Assembly (NCBI GenBank): GCA_016650245.1
Contig: JAENWD010000289.1
Coordinates: 1-49,764, forward strand
DNA length: 49,764 nucleotides
Reading direction: 5' to 3'
Source: Vicinamibacteria bacterium
GTDB taxonomy: Bacteria; Acidobacteriota; Vicinamibacteria; Vicinamibacterales; JAENWD01
The notes under the pieces: generated by a model
What the model saw: the letters and a program-made list of their open reading frames with translations, nothing else
Told to the model about the DNA's origin: nothing
Databases searched by the model: none
In this document: positions 37,704 to 48,030 of the stretch, in pieces
How positions within the stretch are numbered: the stretch's first letter is position 1
How the letters are laid out: every line of letters starts with the position of its first letter
Made by a program: the position numbers and the translations under genes

Positions 37704-39023
37704 ATGAGTCAGTCATCGAGCAGACGCGACTTCATCAGGCAGGTCGGCGCAGGCGCGGCCGTCCTTGGCGCCGGCATCGTCGCCAGTCAGCCCGCCGACG
37801 CACGTCCTGATACCTTTGCCACTGGCCGCGTGCGCGGCGCCAACGACCGGCTCAATGTCGGCTTTGTCGGCTGCGGTGGACGCATGAGAAGCCACATCCG
37901 CCATCTCGTCGCGCGCAACAAGGAGAAGGGCGACGTGATGGCCGTGGCCGTCAACGACATCTGGGACAAACGCAAGAAGGCCGCGCAGGAGGCCACCGGC
38001 GTCGACGCCACGTCGGTCCATCACGACTACCGCGAGCTCTGCGGGCGGTCCGACATCGACGTCGTGGTGATCTCGTCGCCCGATCATTGGCACCACGCGC
38101 ACGCGCTGGCTGCGCTCAAGGCCGGCAAGGACGTGTACCTCGAAAAGCCGATGACCTACACGATCGACGAGGCCAGGGAGGTCACCGAGGCCGTCAAGGC
38201 AAGCGGTCGTGTGTTGCAGGTGGGCAGCCAGTACGCGTCGATGGACCACTTCTGGAAGGCCCGGCGGGCCATTGCCGACGGTCTGATCGGCCAGGTGATG
38301 TGGGCGTCGGGCGGCTTTGGCCGCAACCGCAACAAGCGCGGCGAGTGGAACTACCCCATCGACGCGGACGCGACCGAGCAGACACTGGACTGGAAGGCGT
38401 TTCTCGGCAGCGCGCCCAAGCGGCCGTTTGCGCCCGAGCGCTACTTCCGCTGGCGCAAGTACTGGGACTACTCCGGCGGTATTGCGACCGACCTGTTCTA
38501 TCACACGGTCTCACCGCTCCTGGTGGCCATCGGCCCGGAGTTCCCGCACCGCGTCACAGCCGGCGGCGGCATCTACGCCCAGCACGACCGCGAGGTGCCC
38601 GACACCTTCTTCATGAACGTCGACTACCCGAAGTGGACGATGCAGCTGGCCTGTTCGGTAGGCAGCGGCGTTGGCGCGCCGCTGGTGATCCACGGCTCGG
38701 AGGGCACGATCTTTGTGGCGCGCGACAGCGAGTCGCTCGACAACACCGAGATCGAAGTGGTGCCCGATCGTGAGTACAAGGACGACTTCGTCAAGAAGAC
38801 CGGTAGTGAGACCGTCAAGATCGCGGTCCAGCCGTTTGCCCCAGGCACGCATCCGCACATGGACAACTTCCTCGACTGCGTGCGCAGCCGGAAGGCACCC
38901 AACCTTGACGCCGAGACCGGCTATCGGGCCATGGCGGCCATCGGCATGGGCGTCAGCGCGTATCGCCGCGGCGAGGTGCTGTTCTTCGACGCGAAACGCG
39001 AACGCGTCACTGATACGTTGTAA
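37704..39023 (+). CDS. Gfo/Idh/MocA-family oxidoreductase with Tat signal
   Basis: It has the Tat motif SSSRRDFIRQVGAGAAVLGAG. It also has a Rossmann segment (LNVGFVGCGGRM) and the family motif DVYLEKPM. The ATG at 37704 follows GGAG. Confidence 0.8.
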   Translation: MSQSSSRRDFIRQVGAGAAVLGAGIVASQPADARPDTFATGRVRGANDRLNVGFVGCGGRMRSHIRHLVARNKEKGDVMAVAVNDIWDKRKKAAQEATGVDATSVHHDYRELCGRSDIDVVVISSPDHWHHAHALAALKAGKDVYLEKPMTYTIDEAREVTEAVKASGRVLQVGSQYASMDHFWKARRAIADGLIGQVMWASGGFGRNRNKRGEWNYPIDADATEQTLDWKAFLGSAPKRPFAPERYFRWRKYWDYSGGIATDLFYHTVSPLLVAIGPEFPHRVTAGGGIYAQHDREVPDTFFMNVDYPKWTMQLACSVGSGVGAPLVIHGSEGTIFVARDSESLDNTEIEVVPDREYKDDFVKKTGSETVKIAVQPFAPGTHPHMDNFLDCVRSRKAPNLDAETGYRAMAAIGMGVSAYRRGEVLFFDAKRERVTDTL

Positions 39024-39073
39024 GTGCTCTCGGGTGCTCTCGGGTGCTCTCAGGTGCTCTCAGGTGCTAAGGG
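39024..39073. repeat. 10-nt tandem array GTGCTCTCGG x2, GTGCTCTCAG x2, GTGCTAAGGG, family E
   Basis: Read directly. It starts immediately after the TAA at 39021-39023 and ends 4 nt before the ATG at 39078. Confidence 0.9.
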
Positions 39074-39077
39074 TGCG

Positions 39078-40274
39078 ATGACCAGACAGATTCTGTTGAC
39101 GTGTGGGACAGTGGCGGCGTTGACGGCGGCGCTTGTGGGGCAGCAGCACCAGGTCAAGCCCGACGCGCTGCCCAAGCCGTTTGCGACGCCTGATGTGCGG
39201 AACCCGCCGACCGTGATCGCGCAGCCCGAGGGCGCCTCGCTGAATGTGCCGAAGGGCTTCTCGGCGAAGGTGTTTGCGGAGGGCGGTTTCAAGCGGATGC
39301 GCTGGGTCGCGGTGGCCCCGTCCGGCGACGTGTTTGCTACCGACTCGGACCTCAACACGCTCACGGTCCTGCGCGACACCAACGGCGACGGCACCGCCGA
39401 CCAGCGGCACGTGTTTGCCGAAGGGCTCGCGCGTCCGTTCGGCATTGCCTTTGGCGCGGGGCACATCTACGTCGCCAACGCCGGGAGCATCGTGCGGTGG
39501 CCGTACACGAACGGCCAGCTCAAGGCCGAAGGGCCCGGCAGCAAGATCGTCGAGATGCCGGCCGAGCCGGGGCATTGGACGCGCAACATCAGTTTCAGCC
39601 CAGACGGTGCGCGGCTCTACGTCACCCTCGGGTCCAGTTCCGATGCGGGCGCGCCCGATGCCGACCGCGCGCTGGTGTTCTCGGTCAAGCCCGACGGTTC
39701 GGATCGACGCGTCCTCGCCACGGGCTTGCGCAACCCAATCGGGCTCGGATTCGAGCCATCGACTCGCACGTTGTGGGCGGCCGTGCAGGAGCGCGACAAG
39801 CTGGGCGACGATCTCGTCCCGGACTACATCACCAGCCTGCGCGACGGCGGCTTCTACGGTTGGCCGTTTGCCTACGTCGGCCCCAACGAAGATCCGCGGC
39901 ATGCGGGCGAGCGGCCCGACCTGGTGAAGCAGACGCTGGTGCCCGATGTGCTGCTCGAAGCGCACTCGGCGGTCATGGGCCTGGTCTTCTACCAGGGGAA
40001 GAACTTCCCGTCGAGCTACCGCGGCAGCGCCTTTGCGACGCTGCGCGGCTCCTCGAACCGGAGCCTCCGCACCGGCTACAAGGTGATCCACATTCCCTTT
40101 GTGAAGGGCAGGCCGTCGGGTGGCTACGAGGACTTCGCCACCGGGTGGATGCTCGGCGAGGACAAGAAGGAAGTGTGGGGCCGTCCGGTGGGCATCGCCG
40201 TTGCCGGCGACGGCGCGCTGCTGGTGGTGGACGACGCCAACCAGCGCATCTGGCGCATCGCACACGGTGCGTAG
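39078..40274 (+). CDS. PQQ-dependent sugar dehydrogenase (sorbosone/glucose dehydrogenase-like beta-propeller)
   Basis: Motifs: GLRNPIGLGFEPSTRTLWAAVQERDKLGDDLVPDYITSLRDGGFYGWPFAY and GRPVGIAVAGDGALLVVDD. It has an N-terminal signal peptide. Confidence 0.7.
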   Translation: MTRQILLTCGTVAALTAALVGQQHQVKPDALPKPFATPDVRNPPTVIAQPEGASLNVPKGFSAKVFAEGGFKRMRWVAVAPSGDVFATDSDLNTLTVLRDTNGDGTADQRHVFAEGLARPFGIAFGAGHIYVANAGSIVRWPYTNGQLKAEGPGSKIVEMPAEPGHWTRNISFSPDGARLYVTLGSSSDAGAPDADRALVFSVKPDGSDRRVLATGLRNPIGLGFEPSTRTLWAAVQERDKLGDDLVPDYITSLRDGGFYGWPFAYVGPNEDPRHAGERPDLVKQTLVPDVLLEAHSAVMGLVFYQGKNFPSSYRGSAFATLRGSSNRSLRTGYKVIHIPFVKGRPSGGYEDFATGWMLGEDKKEVWGRPVGIAVAGDGALLVVDDANQRIWRIAHGA

Positions 40275-40294
40275 GGCGGAACTTCAGTTCCGCC
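40275..40294. other. Stem-loop GGCGGAAC-TTCA-GTTCCGCC (copy 1 of a dispersed element)
   Basis: A perfect 8-bp stem directly after the TAG at 40272-40274. A near-identical copy lies at 44197-44216. Confidence 0.7.
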
Positions 40295-40325
40295 GCTGCG
40301 GTCTGCGCGTACACTAACCCGCACG

Positions 40326-41234
40326 GTGCTGCGTTCAGCCCTCCTCGTTCTGGCGCTACTTGCCGCCCAGGTGCCGCCGCCCCCTGAGGGCGCGCCAACC
40401 ACGCCTGCGCTGCGTCGCCTGCTCGACGATGGCGGGAAGGTGGAGCGGGTCGCGACCAACTTCCAGTTCGCCGATGGCCCCGTGTGGATCGACGGCGCGC
40501 TGGTATTCACCGACGCAGCGCGGAGCCAGATCCTGCGTTGGCGGGTCGGCGAAGAGCCCGCCGTCGTCCTCGAAGACACAGGAGGCGCCGCGGGTCTGGC
40601 TATTGACGCCGCCAGTCGGCTGCTCATGGCCGAACGCCAGAGGCGCCGCGTCTCGCGTCGCGAGGACGGCGAAGCATCCGTGCTCCTTGCGCGCGTGGGA
40701 GGCCAGCCTCTCACCGGGCCCACCGACCTTGCCCTCTCCAGAGACGGAACGATCTACGTCGTCGATGCGCCCGGGCGCACCAGTCGCGCCGGCGCTACAG
40801 GTCGCGTGATCCGGATCTCGCCGACCGGCGAGGCCACCGTGGCCGTCGAGGGGCTTGTGCGGCCAACTGGTGTGGCGGTCTCGCCCGACGGGCGGGAGCT
40901 CTACGTCGCCGATGCCGGCCGACGCGAACTGCGCGTCTATCCGACTGGCGGTGCGGCCGGCACGGTCGCACCTCGCCGGCTCGCCTCGATTCTGCCGTGG
41001 AAGCGCGGGGTGCAAGGGCAGGCCGACGGGCTTGCGGTCGATGTCGCAGGTCGGCTCTACCTGGCAGGTCCCGGCGGCATCTGGGTCCTCGATCGCAACG
41101 GCGGCCGCCTCGGCGTGATCGCGACGCCGGAGACGCCCTCGGCCTGCGCCTTCGGCGACGCCGACGGCCGCACGCTGTACATCACGGCGGAGACGAGCAT
41201 CTACAAGGTGCGCATGAGCGCCGCCGCACGGTAG
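40326..41234 (+). CDS. SMP-30/gluconolactonase/LRE-family protein
   Basis: It has a signal peptide and beta-propeller repeats (ADGPVWIDGALVFTD, PTDLALSRDGTIYVVD, RPTGVAVSPDGRELYVAD, ADGLAVDVAGRLYLAG, TLYITAETSIYKV). Confidence 0.75.
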   Translation: MLRSALLVLALLAAQVPPPPEGAPTTPALRRLLDDGGKVERVATNFQFADGPVWIDGALVFTDAARSQILRWRVGEEPAVVLEDTGGAAGLAIDAASRLLMAERQRRRVSRREDGEASVLLARVGGQPLTGPTDLALSRDGTIYVVDAPGRTSRAGATGRVIRISPTGEATVAVEGLVRPTGVAVSPDGRELYVADAGRRELRVYPTGGAAGTVAPRRLASILPWKRGVQGQADGLAVDVAGRLYLAGPGGIWVLDRNGGRLGVIATPETPSACAFGDADGRTLYITAETSIYKVRMSAAAR

Positions 41235-41247
41235 GGGCGCACGAACG

Positions 41248-41375
41248 AAGTGCAAAATGCAAAATGCGAAATGCCAAGTGGCGAAACAGGGATGCATCCC
41301 AACGTTTCGCATGTTGCACGCTGCACCCCGTACTTTTCACTTCGCACTTCGCACTTTGCATTTTGCACTTCGCAT
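41248..41375. repeat. Inverted pair of heptamer arrays (AAGTGCA AAATGCA AAATGCG AAATGCC AAGTGGC at 41248-41282; TTTTCAC TTCGCAC TTCGCAC TTTGCAT TTTGCAC TTCGCAT at 41334-41375), family D
   Basis: Read directly. GTGCAAAATGCAAA (41250-41263) is exactly complementary to TTTGCATTTTGCAC (41355-41368). The palindrome GGGATGCATCCC at 41289-41300 lies in the loop. The pair fills a convergent spacer. Confidence 0.85.
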
Positions 41376-41971
41376 TACGTCTTGTGTTCCGGGTGCGTGC
41401 ACCCCTTGTACTCCAGGAAGAACATGTTGCCGTCGTCGCCCATCTCTTCGTGCATCCCGACTTCGGACGTGTAGTAGCCGGTGATGGTCAGCGACTTGAT
41501 CGCGCTGAAGAAGTCCACGCCAACCTGCTCGGTGGACGAGGGTGCCTTGTTCGTGCTGATCGCCGTGAGCAGGGCGGCCTGGTGAGCCGCGCTCGCCCTG
41601 GCAAACGGGGCACCGGCATCGCGCTGGCTCTGGGTGTCCAGCCACCCCAGACCGTCAACGAACTTCTGACGATCGGCGGCCGAGGCATCGGCGATGACCG
41701 CGTCGATGAACCGATTCACGTTGGCCTTGGTGGCGCCGGCCGTGTCGGTCTGCGGGATGATCAGCTCCGCGAGTGTGATGACCGTCTCGTTCTGCGCCGG
41801 TGTGAGCGCCTTTGGCGCCCAGGCGGCCGCCTGGGCGGCCGATGCCTGGTAGTGCGCCGCGTGCTGCCCGGCGGCCGACACGAGCGTCTCAACCCAGAGC
41901 GGTGCAGTCACCGCCGCCGCGCCGCCGACGGCGATCTTCCGGAGAGCGTCGCGACGAGTGAAGTCAGCCAT
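41375..41971 (-). CDS. Gluconate 2-dehydrogenase subunit 3 family protein (Tat signal), no adjacent flavoprotein partner
   Basis: It starts at ATG 41971 with the Tat signal MADFTRRDALRKIAVGGAAAVTAPLW. The family-like region LTPAQNETVITLAELIIPQTD parallels the 30223 paralog. Confidence 0.7.
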   Translation of the reverse strand: MADFTRRDALRKIAVGGAAAVTAPLWVETLVSAAGQHAAHYQASAAQAAAWAPKALTPAQNETVITLAELIIPQTDTAGATKANVNRFIDAVIADASAADRQKFVDGLGWLDTQSQRDAGAPFARASAAHQAALLTAISTNKAPSSTEQVGVDFFSAIKSLTITGYYTSEVGMHEEMGDDGNMFFLEYKGCTHPEHKT

Positions 41972-42019
41972 GGTTCCCTCGGTCCGGAATGCCGGACTAA
42001 AGTTCGGGGCTACGTGGCG

Positions 42020-42054
42020 CAATCGTCAACCGTCAATCTGCAATCGTCAATTGT
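42020..42054. repeat. Heptamer array CAATCGT CAACCGT CAATCTG CAATCGT CAATTGT, family A
   Basis: Read directly. It lies between two minus-strand genes, and the stop of the upstream gene (42054-42056) starts at the last nt of the last unit. Confidence 0.85.
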
Positions 42055-43016
42055 CACGCCCAATATGCCTTCCCGGCCGGGGCGCTGATGACGACGTTCT
42101 TCAGCACGCCGATCGCCTTCTTCAGCCCTTCGTCGCCAGACATCAGCGAGTCCTCGTGCTCGATGCTGATGACGTGATCGTAGCCGACCATGCGCAGGTT
42201 GCTCACGATCTCGCGCCAGACTGATTCGCTGTTGCCGTAGCCCACCGTGCGGAAGACCCACGAGCGGTTCAGCTCGTCGGTGTACTTCTTCACGTCGAGC
42301 ACGCCGTTCTTCGCGGTGTTGGCCGGGTCGATCTTGCAGTCCTTGGCGTGGACGTGGAAGATGCGGTCGCCCAGCGTCCGGATGGCCGTGGGCACGTCCA
42401 CCTGCTGCCAGAACATGTGGCTGGGGTCGAAGTTGCAGCCGATGGTGCCCTTGGCCACATCAGCCAGCCTCAGCATGGTCTCCGGGTTGTAGGCGACGAA
42501 GTTCGGGTGCATCTCGATGGCAACCCGGACGCCGTTGCGCCGAGCGAACTTCGCCGTCTCCTTCCAGTAGGGGAGCACCCGCTCCTTCCACTGCCACTCG
42601 AGCATCTGGGGGAACTCGGGAGGCCACGACGAGGTGATCCAGTTTGGCTGGGTTGCCTTCGGGTCGCCGCCCGGGCAGCCCGAGAAGGTGATGACCTGCT
42701 GGACATCGAGCTTCGAGGCCAGCTCCACGGTCTGCCGGAACACCGTGTCGTGCGCTCTGGCGACCTTCTTGTCCGGGTGAATCGGGTTGCCGTGACACGA
42801 CAGGGCGCTGATCATGAGCCCGCGGCTCGAGATAGCGGCCCTGAACGCCTTGAGCTTGCTCTCGCTCTTGAGCAGCTCCGCCGGCTTGCAGTGCCCGTCG
42901 CCTGGGTAGGCGCCGGTGCCGATCTCGACGGCTTCAAGTCCAAGCTCCTTCACGTAGTCGAGCGTTTCCTCGAAGGGCTTGTTGCCGAACAGGACGGTGA
43001 AGACTCCGATTTTCAT
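42054..43016 (-). CDS. Sugar phosphate isomerase/epimerase (xylose isomerase-like TIM barrel)
   Basis: 320 aa: MKIGVFTVLFGNKPFEETLDYVKELGLEAVEIG..., VAIEMHPNF, HVHAKD. Confidence 0.8.
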   Translation of the reverse strand: MKIGVFTVLFGNKPFEETLDYVKELGLEAVEIGTGAYPGDGHCKPAELLKSESKLKAFRAAISSRGLMISALSCHGNPIHPDKKVARAHDTVFRQTVELASKLDVQQVITFSGCPGGDPKATQPNWITSSWPPEFPQMLEWQWKERVLPYWKETAKFARRNGVRVAIEMHPNFVAYNPETMLRLADVAKGTIGCNFDPSHMFWQQVDVPTAIRTLGDRIFHVHAKDCKIDPANTAKNGVLDVKKYTDELNRSWVFRTVGYGNSESVWREIVSNLRMVGYDHVISIEHEDSLMSGDEGLKKAIGVLKNVVISAPAGKAYWA

Positions 43017-43028
43017 GTGCTCCTCATG

Positions 43029-43046
43029 GCGGGCCTGAAGGCCCGC
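43029..43046. other. Intercistronic stem-loop GCGGGCC-TGAA-GGCCCGC
   Basis: A perfect 7-bp stem between the Gfo stop (43048) and the TIM-barrel start (43016). Confidence 0.6.
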
Positions 43047-43047
43047 G

Positions 43048-44172
43048 CTACACCTTCACCCAGCGTCGTGTCACTGCGGCCTTTTCCATCGCGTCGAGCA
43101 CCTTCTGATTGCGCACGCCGTCTTCGAAATTCGGCGTCGGCAGCTTGTTCGTCGCGATGGACTCGAGCAGGTCGTACACGGTGTGGATGAACGTGTGCTC
43201 GTAGCCGATGATGTGCCCGTCGGGCCACCAGTGAGAGAAATAGGGATGGCTGCCTCCGTCGGTGACCATCACGTTGTGGAAGCCCTGCACGGCCCGATCG
43301 TCGCCGGTCAGGTAGACGTCGAGCTCGTTCATGCGCTCGAGGTTGAAGGCTACCGATCCCTTGCTGCCGTTGATCTCGAACCGGTTGTAGTTCTTCCGCC
43401 CGGTGGCAAACCGGCTGGCCTCGATGGTGCCCAGCGCGCCGTTGGCGAACCGCACCACCGACGCCGAGGCGTCGTCGACGGTGACCTTGCCCTTCTTCTT
43501 GGGGTTCTCTGGCAGCGGACGTTCTTTCACGAAGGTCTCGAGCGCGCCGGTCACTTCCGAGATCTCGCCGACGAGGAATCGTGCGAGATCCATCGAATGG
43601 CTGGCGATGTCGCCAAGCGCGCCGGAACCGGCCGCTTCCTTGCGCAGGCGCCAGACCAGCGGAACGTTCGGATCGGCGGCCCAATCCTGCAGGTACGTCC
43701 CGCGGTAGTGGTACAGCCTTCCGAGCTTTCCCTGCTCGATGAGCTGCCTGGCCAGCATCACCGCCGGGGCGCGCCGGTAGTTGTGGCAGATCATGTGGAT
43801 GACGCCGGCCTTCTTCACGGCGGCCAGCATCTTCTCGGCGTCCTTTACCGAGTTGGCCAGCGGCTTCTCGCAGAAGACGACCTTACCCGCCTTCGCCGCT
43901 TCAATTGCAATTTCAGCGTGGCTGTCGCCAGGCGTCACGATGTCGACGATGTCGATGTCCTTGCGCCGGACCACCTCGCGCCAGTCGGTTGCCGTTTCCT
44001 CCCACCCGAGTTGCTCGGCCGCGGTAGTGACGCCTGCGGGCGTGCGCCCGCACAGCACCTTCATGCGCGGCAGGTACTTGGGAGAGAAGAAGCGCCCTAC
44101 CTGGCGGTACGCGTTGCTGTGCGCGCGCCCCATGAAGGCGTAGCCAATCAACGCCACATTCAGATGTGCCAT
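43048..44172 (-). CDS. Gfo/Idh/MocA-family oxidoreductase (cytoplasmic type)
   Basis: 374 aa: [31 protein letters not shown], and a typical C-terminal alpha/beta domain. Confidence 0.85.
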   Translation of the reverse strand: MAHLNVALIGYAFMGRAHSNAYRQVGRFFSPKYLPRMKVLCGRTPAGVTTAAEQLGWEETATDWREVVRRKDIDIVDIVTPGDSHAEIAIEAAKAGKVVFCEKPLANSVKDAEKMLAAVKKAGVIHMICHNYRRAPAVMLARQLIEQGKLGRLYHYRGTYLQDWAADPNVPLVWRLRKEAAGSGALGDIASHSMDLARFLVGEISEVTGALETFVKERPLPENPKKKGKVTVDDASASVVRFANGALGTIEASRFATGRKNYNRFEINGSKGSVAFNLERMNELDVYLTGDDRAVQGFHNVMVTDGGSHPYFSHWWPDGHIIGYEHTFIHTVYDLLESIATNKLPTPNFEDGVRNQKVLDAMEKAAVTRRWVKV

Positions 44173-44196
44173 CGGTCTGACTCGTCTCCGACGTAG

Positions 44197-44216
44197 GCCG
44201 GAACTTCAGTTCCGGC
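44197..44216. other. Stem-loop GCCGGAAC-TTCA-GTTCCGGC (copy 2 of the dispersed element)
   Basis: A perfect 8-bp stem between the cytochrome c stop (44238) and the Gfo start (44172). The flanks GTAGG...GCTG are shared with copy 1. Confidence 0.7.
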
Positions 44217-44237
44217 GCTGTGAAAGGGAGGGGGTGA

Positions 44238-44618
44238 CTAGTTCGTGCCGGTCTTCGGCGCGGCCTTGGCTTTGGCGGCCGGCTTGGCCGCCAGCGTCTT
44301 GTCGAAGTTGCGCACGAACTTCACCAGGGCCAGGACCTCCTGGTCCGACAGCCGATCCTTGAACGCCATCATCGCCGTGGCCGGTACGCCGTCGGTGATG
44401 ACCTTGGCCAGTTGCTTGATGGTCGTGCCGTGAATCCACTCGCCGTCGGCGAAGTTCATCTGCTTGATGGCCGCGTTGCCGTCGGGCATGTGGCACATCT
44501 GGCAGTTCTGGACGTAGAGCTCCTGTGCAGGGCGGTTGGTCGTCGGCCGCGCCGCCTGCGCCGAGGCCGCCGAGGCGAAGGCGAGACATCCGACAAGGAG
44601 AAAGGCAATCCGTCGCAC
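44238..44618 (-). CDS. Class I c-type cytochrome (monohaem)
   Basis: GTG start at 44618, a signal peptide (RRIAFLLVGCLAFASAASAQA), the haem motif CQMCH, and a distal Met region (VPATAMMAF). The 255-aa track ORF extends across the promoter region and is not supported. Confidence 0.75.
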   Translation of the reverse strand: MRRIAFLLVGCLAFASAASAQAARPTTNRPAQELYVQNCQMCHMPDGNAAIKQMNFADGEWIHGTTIKQLAKVITDGVPATAMMAFKDRLSDQEVLALVKFVRNFDKTLAAKPAAKAKAAPKTGTN

Positions 44619-44774
44619 GGTCGAAACGTCCTTGGAGATTAGTGATAAGGCCAGCGAACAGAACGACTTCGCTCGCACACGCTGCTGATCGAGCGTAACG
44701 GTGCTCCCTGAAGTTGTCAAGCCAGTGCGCCCCGAAACACAGTATATTTCGCCCGCGCGGAGGCGCCTTGCCTG

Positions 44775-46619
<1,845 letters not shown>

Positions 46620-46620
46620 A

Positions 46621-46655
46621 GACTGCGGACTTCGGACTACGGACTACGGAACTGA
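46621..46655. repeat. Heptamer array GACTGCG GACTTCG GACTACG GACTACG GAACTGA, family B
   Basis: Read directly. It fills the spacer between the TAG at 46617-46619 and the ATG at 46658. Confidence 0.85.
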
Positions 46656-46657
46656 CG

Positions 46658-46852
46658 ATGGACATTCGACTGCCACTCGGGATGCTGTTTTCAATCGTCG
46701 GCGCGCTGCTGGCGGGGTTTGGCGTGGCGACTGCGTCGAGCCAGATGTACCGCCAGCACTCGCTCGGGATCAACGTCAACATCTGGTCGGGCCTGGGCAT
46801 GCTGGCGTTCGGGTTGACGCTGCTGTGGCTGGCGAAACGCAAAACCGCGTGA
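46658..46852 (+). CDS. Small two-TM membrane protein downstream of the symporter
   Basis: 64 aa: MDIRLPLGMLFSIVGALLAGFGVATASS...INVNIWSGLGMLAFGLTLLWLAKRK. It has two hydrophobic helices and a basic C-terminus. Coding status rests on hydropathy and position only. Confidence 0.5.
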   Translation: MDIRLPLGMLFSIVGALLAGFGVATASSQMYRQHSLGINVNIWSGLGMLAFGLTLLWLAKRKTA

Positions 46853-46998
46853 TCACGTACGCCAACCACAGAGACACGGAGGACACAGAGGACGCACGGA
46901 GCATTTCTTGGGGTGCCCCAAGAATACCTCTGTGCCGTCTCCGTGTTCTCCGAGCCTCTGTGGTTGGCGTACGTAGACATGGTTGGCGTACGTGATCA
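46850..46998. repeat. Large imperfect palindrome built from CACAGAG/CACGGAG-type units, spanning a convergent spacer
   Basis: 46855-46974 is a 120-nt palindrome. It has a 19-bp perfect basal stem (ACGTACGCCAACCACAGAG / CTCTGTGGTTGGCGTACGT), about 47 of 60 positions pair overall, and the centre is CTTGGGGTGCCCCAAG at 46907-46922. A second copy of the right end, GGTTGGCGTACGTGATC (46981-46997), is complementary to 46851-46867. Both flanking stop codons lie in TGATCA (46850-46855 and 46993-46998). Confidence 0.85.
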
Positions 46999-48006
46999 CT
47001 TCGCCTGCAACAGCCCGTCGATGTAAAACTTCATGAACGCGTTGCGCTTCGGTTCGAGGCACACCGAGACGGGTTTGCCGCCGCTTGAATCGACGCGTGT
47101 GAAGCCCTTGTCGTCCACGCGGATCGGCATCGACGTGCAGCGGCCGAAGAACGCGCCGGGCTGCAACGCTTCGGCGACGGCCATCTGGTCGTGCAAGGTC
47201 ATCTGTTGCGTCGGGTCGCCGATCCACAACCGGTACAGCGCTTCCAGGGCCCGCGTCACCGCAGCGGGGTGCGTCTCGAGTCGCGCACGTTCGTCGGCTC
47301 TGAGCTTCACGTAGGTGGTCGAATCAAGCGGCACGATCGTCAGCGGCGCGGTCGAGTACACCAGCTGCGCGTCGGTTGTCGCCCGGACGACGTTCCACTC
47401 GGCCACCGGCGTCGGCGACCACACGTTACCGCCGATGGACCCGCTCATCAGCACGACTCGCTTGGCCAGCGTACCCAGATTCGGTTCCTTCCGAAGCGCG
47501 TCCGCGATGTTCTGCAAGGGGCCCACGGCCAGCAGCGTGATCTCGCCCGGATGCCGACGCAGCGTCTCGACGATGAAGTCGGCGGCCGATTGCGCGATGG
47601 GACGCACGGCCGTGAAGTCCTCGGCCCAGGTGAACTGGTAGTCCACCGAGTCGGGCGGCGGGGTGGCACGGCCGGACGCGACGGGCACCTCGCCGCGGCC
47701 GCCGGCGTGGAGTAGCTTGGCGGCGACCTTCGCCCGCGCCGCTGTGTTGCCGTCGCTGATCGTGACACCCACCAGGTCCACCTGCGGCGACACCATCAGC
47801 AGCCCCAGCGCCCACGCATCGTCGATGTCGGTGCCGATGTCGGTGTCGAGCAGCACCTTCATGCGTGGCTGCGACGGGATCGACCAGGCGACCAGCTGAT
47901 TGCCTGCGGCGTTGAGAGGTGGCACGGGTGCCTGCGCCGCCACCGGAGCCGCAAGGCCGATCACGAGCAGGAGGGAGAAGGAGCGTCGCTGGCGCCGTGA
48001 GCACAT
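46996..48006 (-). CDS. Inosine-uridine-preferring nucleoside hydrolase family protein, secreted
   Basis: It carries the IUNH aspartate cluster (VLLDTDIGTDIDDAWAL). The signal peptide begins at ATG 48006 (MCSRRQRRSFSLLLVIGLAAPVAAQ). The track start 48114 (TTG) reads through repeat arrays. Confidence 0.75.
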   Translation of the reverse strand: MCSRRQRRSFSLLLVIGLAAPVAAQAPVPPLNAAGNQLVAWSIPSQPRMKVLLDTDIGTDIDDAWALGLLMVSPQVDLVGVTISDGNTAARAKVAAKLLHAGGRGEVPVASGRATPPPDSVDYQFTWAEDFTAVRPIAQSAADFIVETLRRHPGEITLLAVGPLQNIADALRKEPNLGTLAKRVVLMSGSIGGNVWSPTPVAEWNVVRATTDAQLVYSTAPLTIVPLDSTTYVKLRADERARLETHPAAVTRALEALYRLWIGDPTQQMTLHDQMAVAEALQPGAFFGRCTSMPIRVDDKGFTRVDSSGGKPVSVCLEPKRNAFMKFYIDGLLQAK

Positions 48007-48030
48007 GACGCGGGATGATACAGGGTTCGG

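Noticed and set aside
39024-39073. Possibility that the tandem arrays are CRISPR arrays
   Set aside because: The units are 7-10 nt and directly abutting, with no unique spacers of about 30 nt. There are no cas genes in the window.
46850-46998. MITE or IS remnant interpretation of the large palindromes
   Set aside because: There is no transposase. The flanking repeats are inverted, not direct, so there is no target-site duplication. The internal sequence is built from the same short-unit logic as the other arrays. I kept it as a structured repeat rather than a mobile element, though genome-wide copies could revive the idea.
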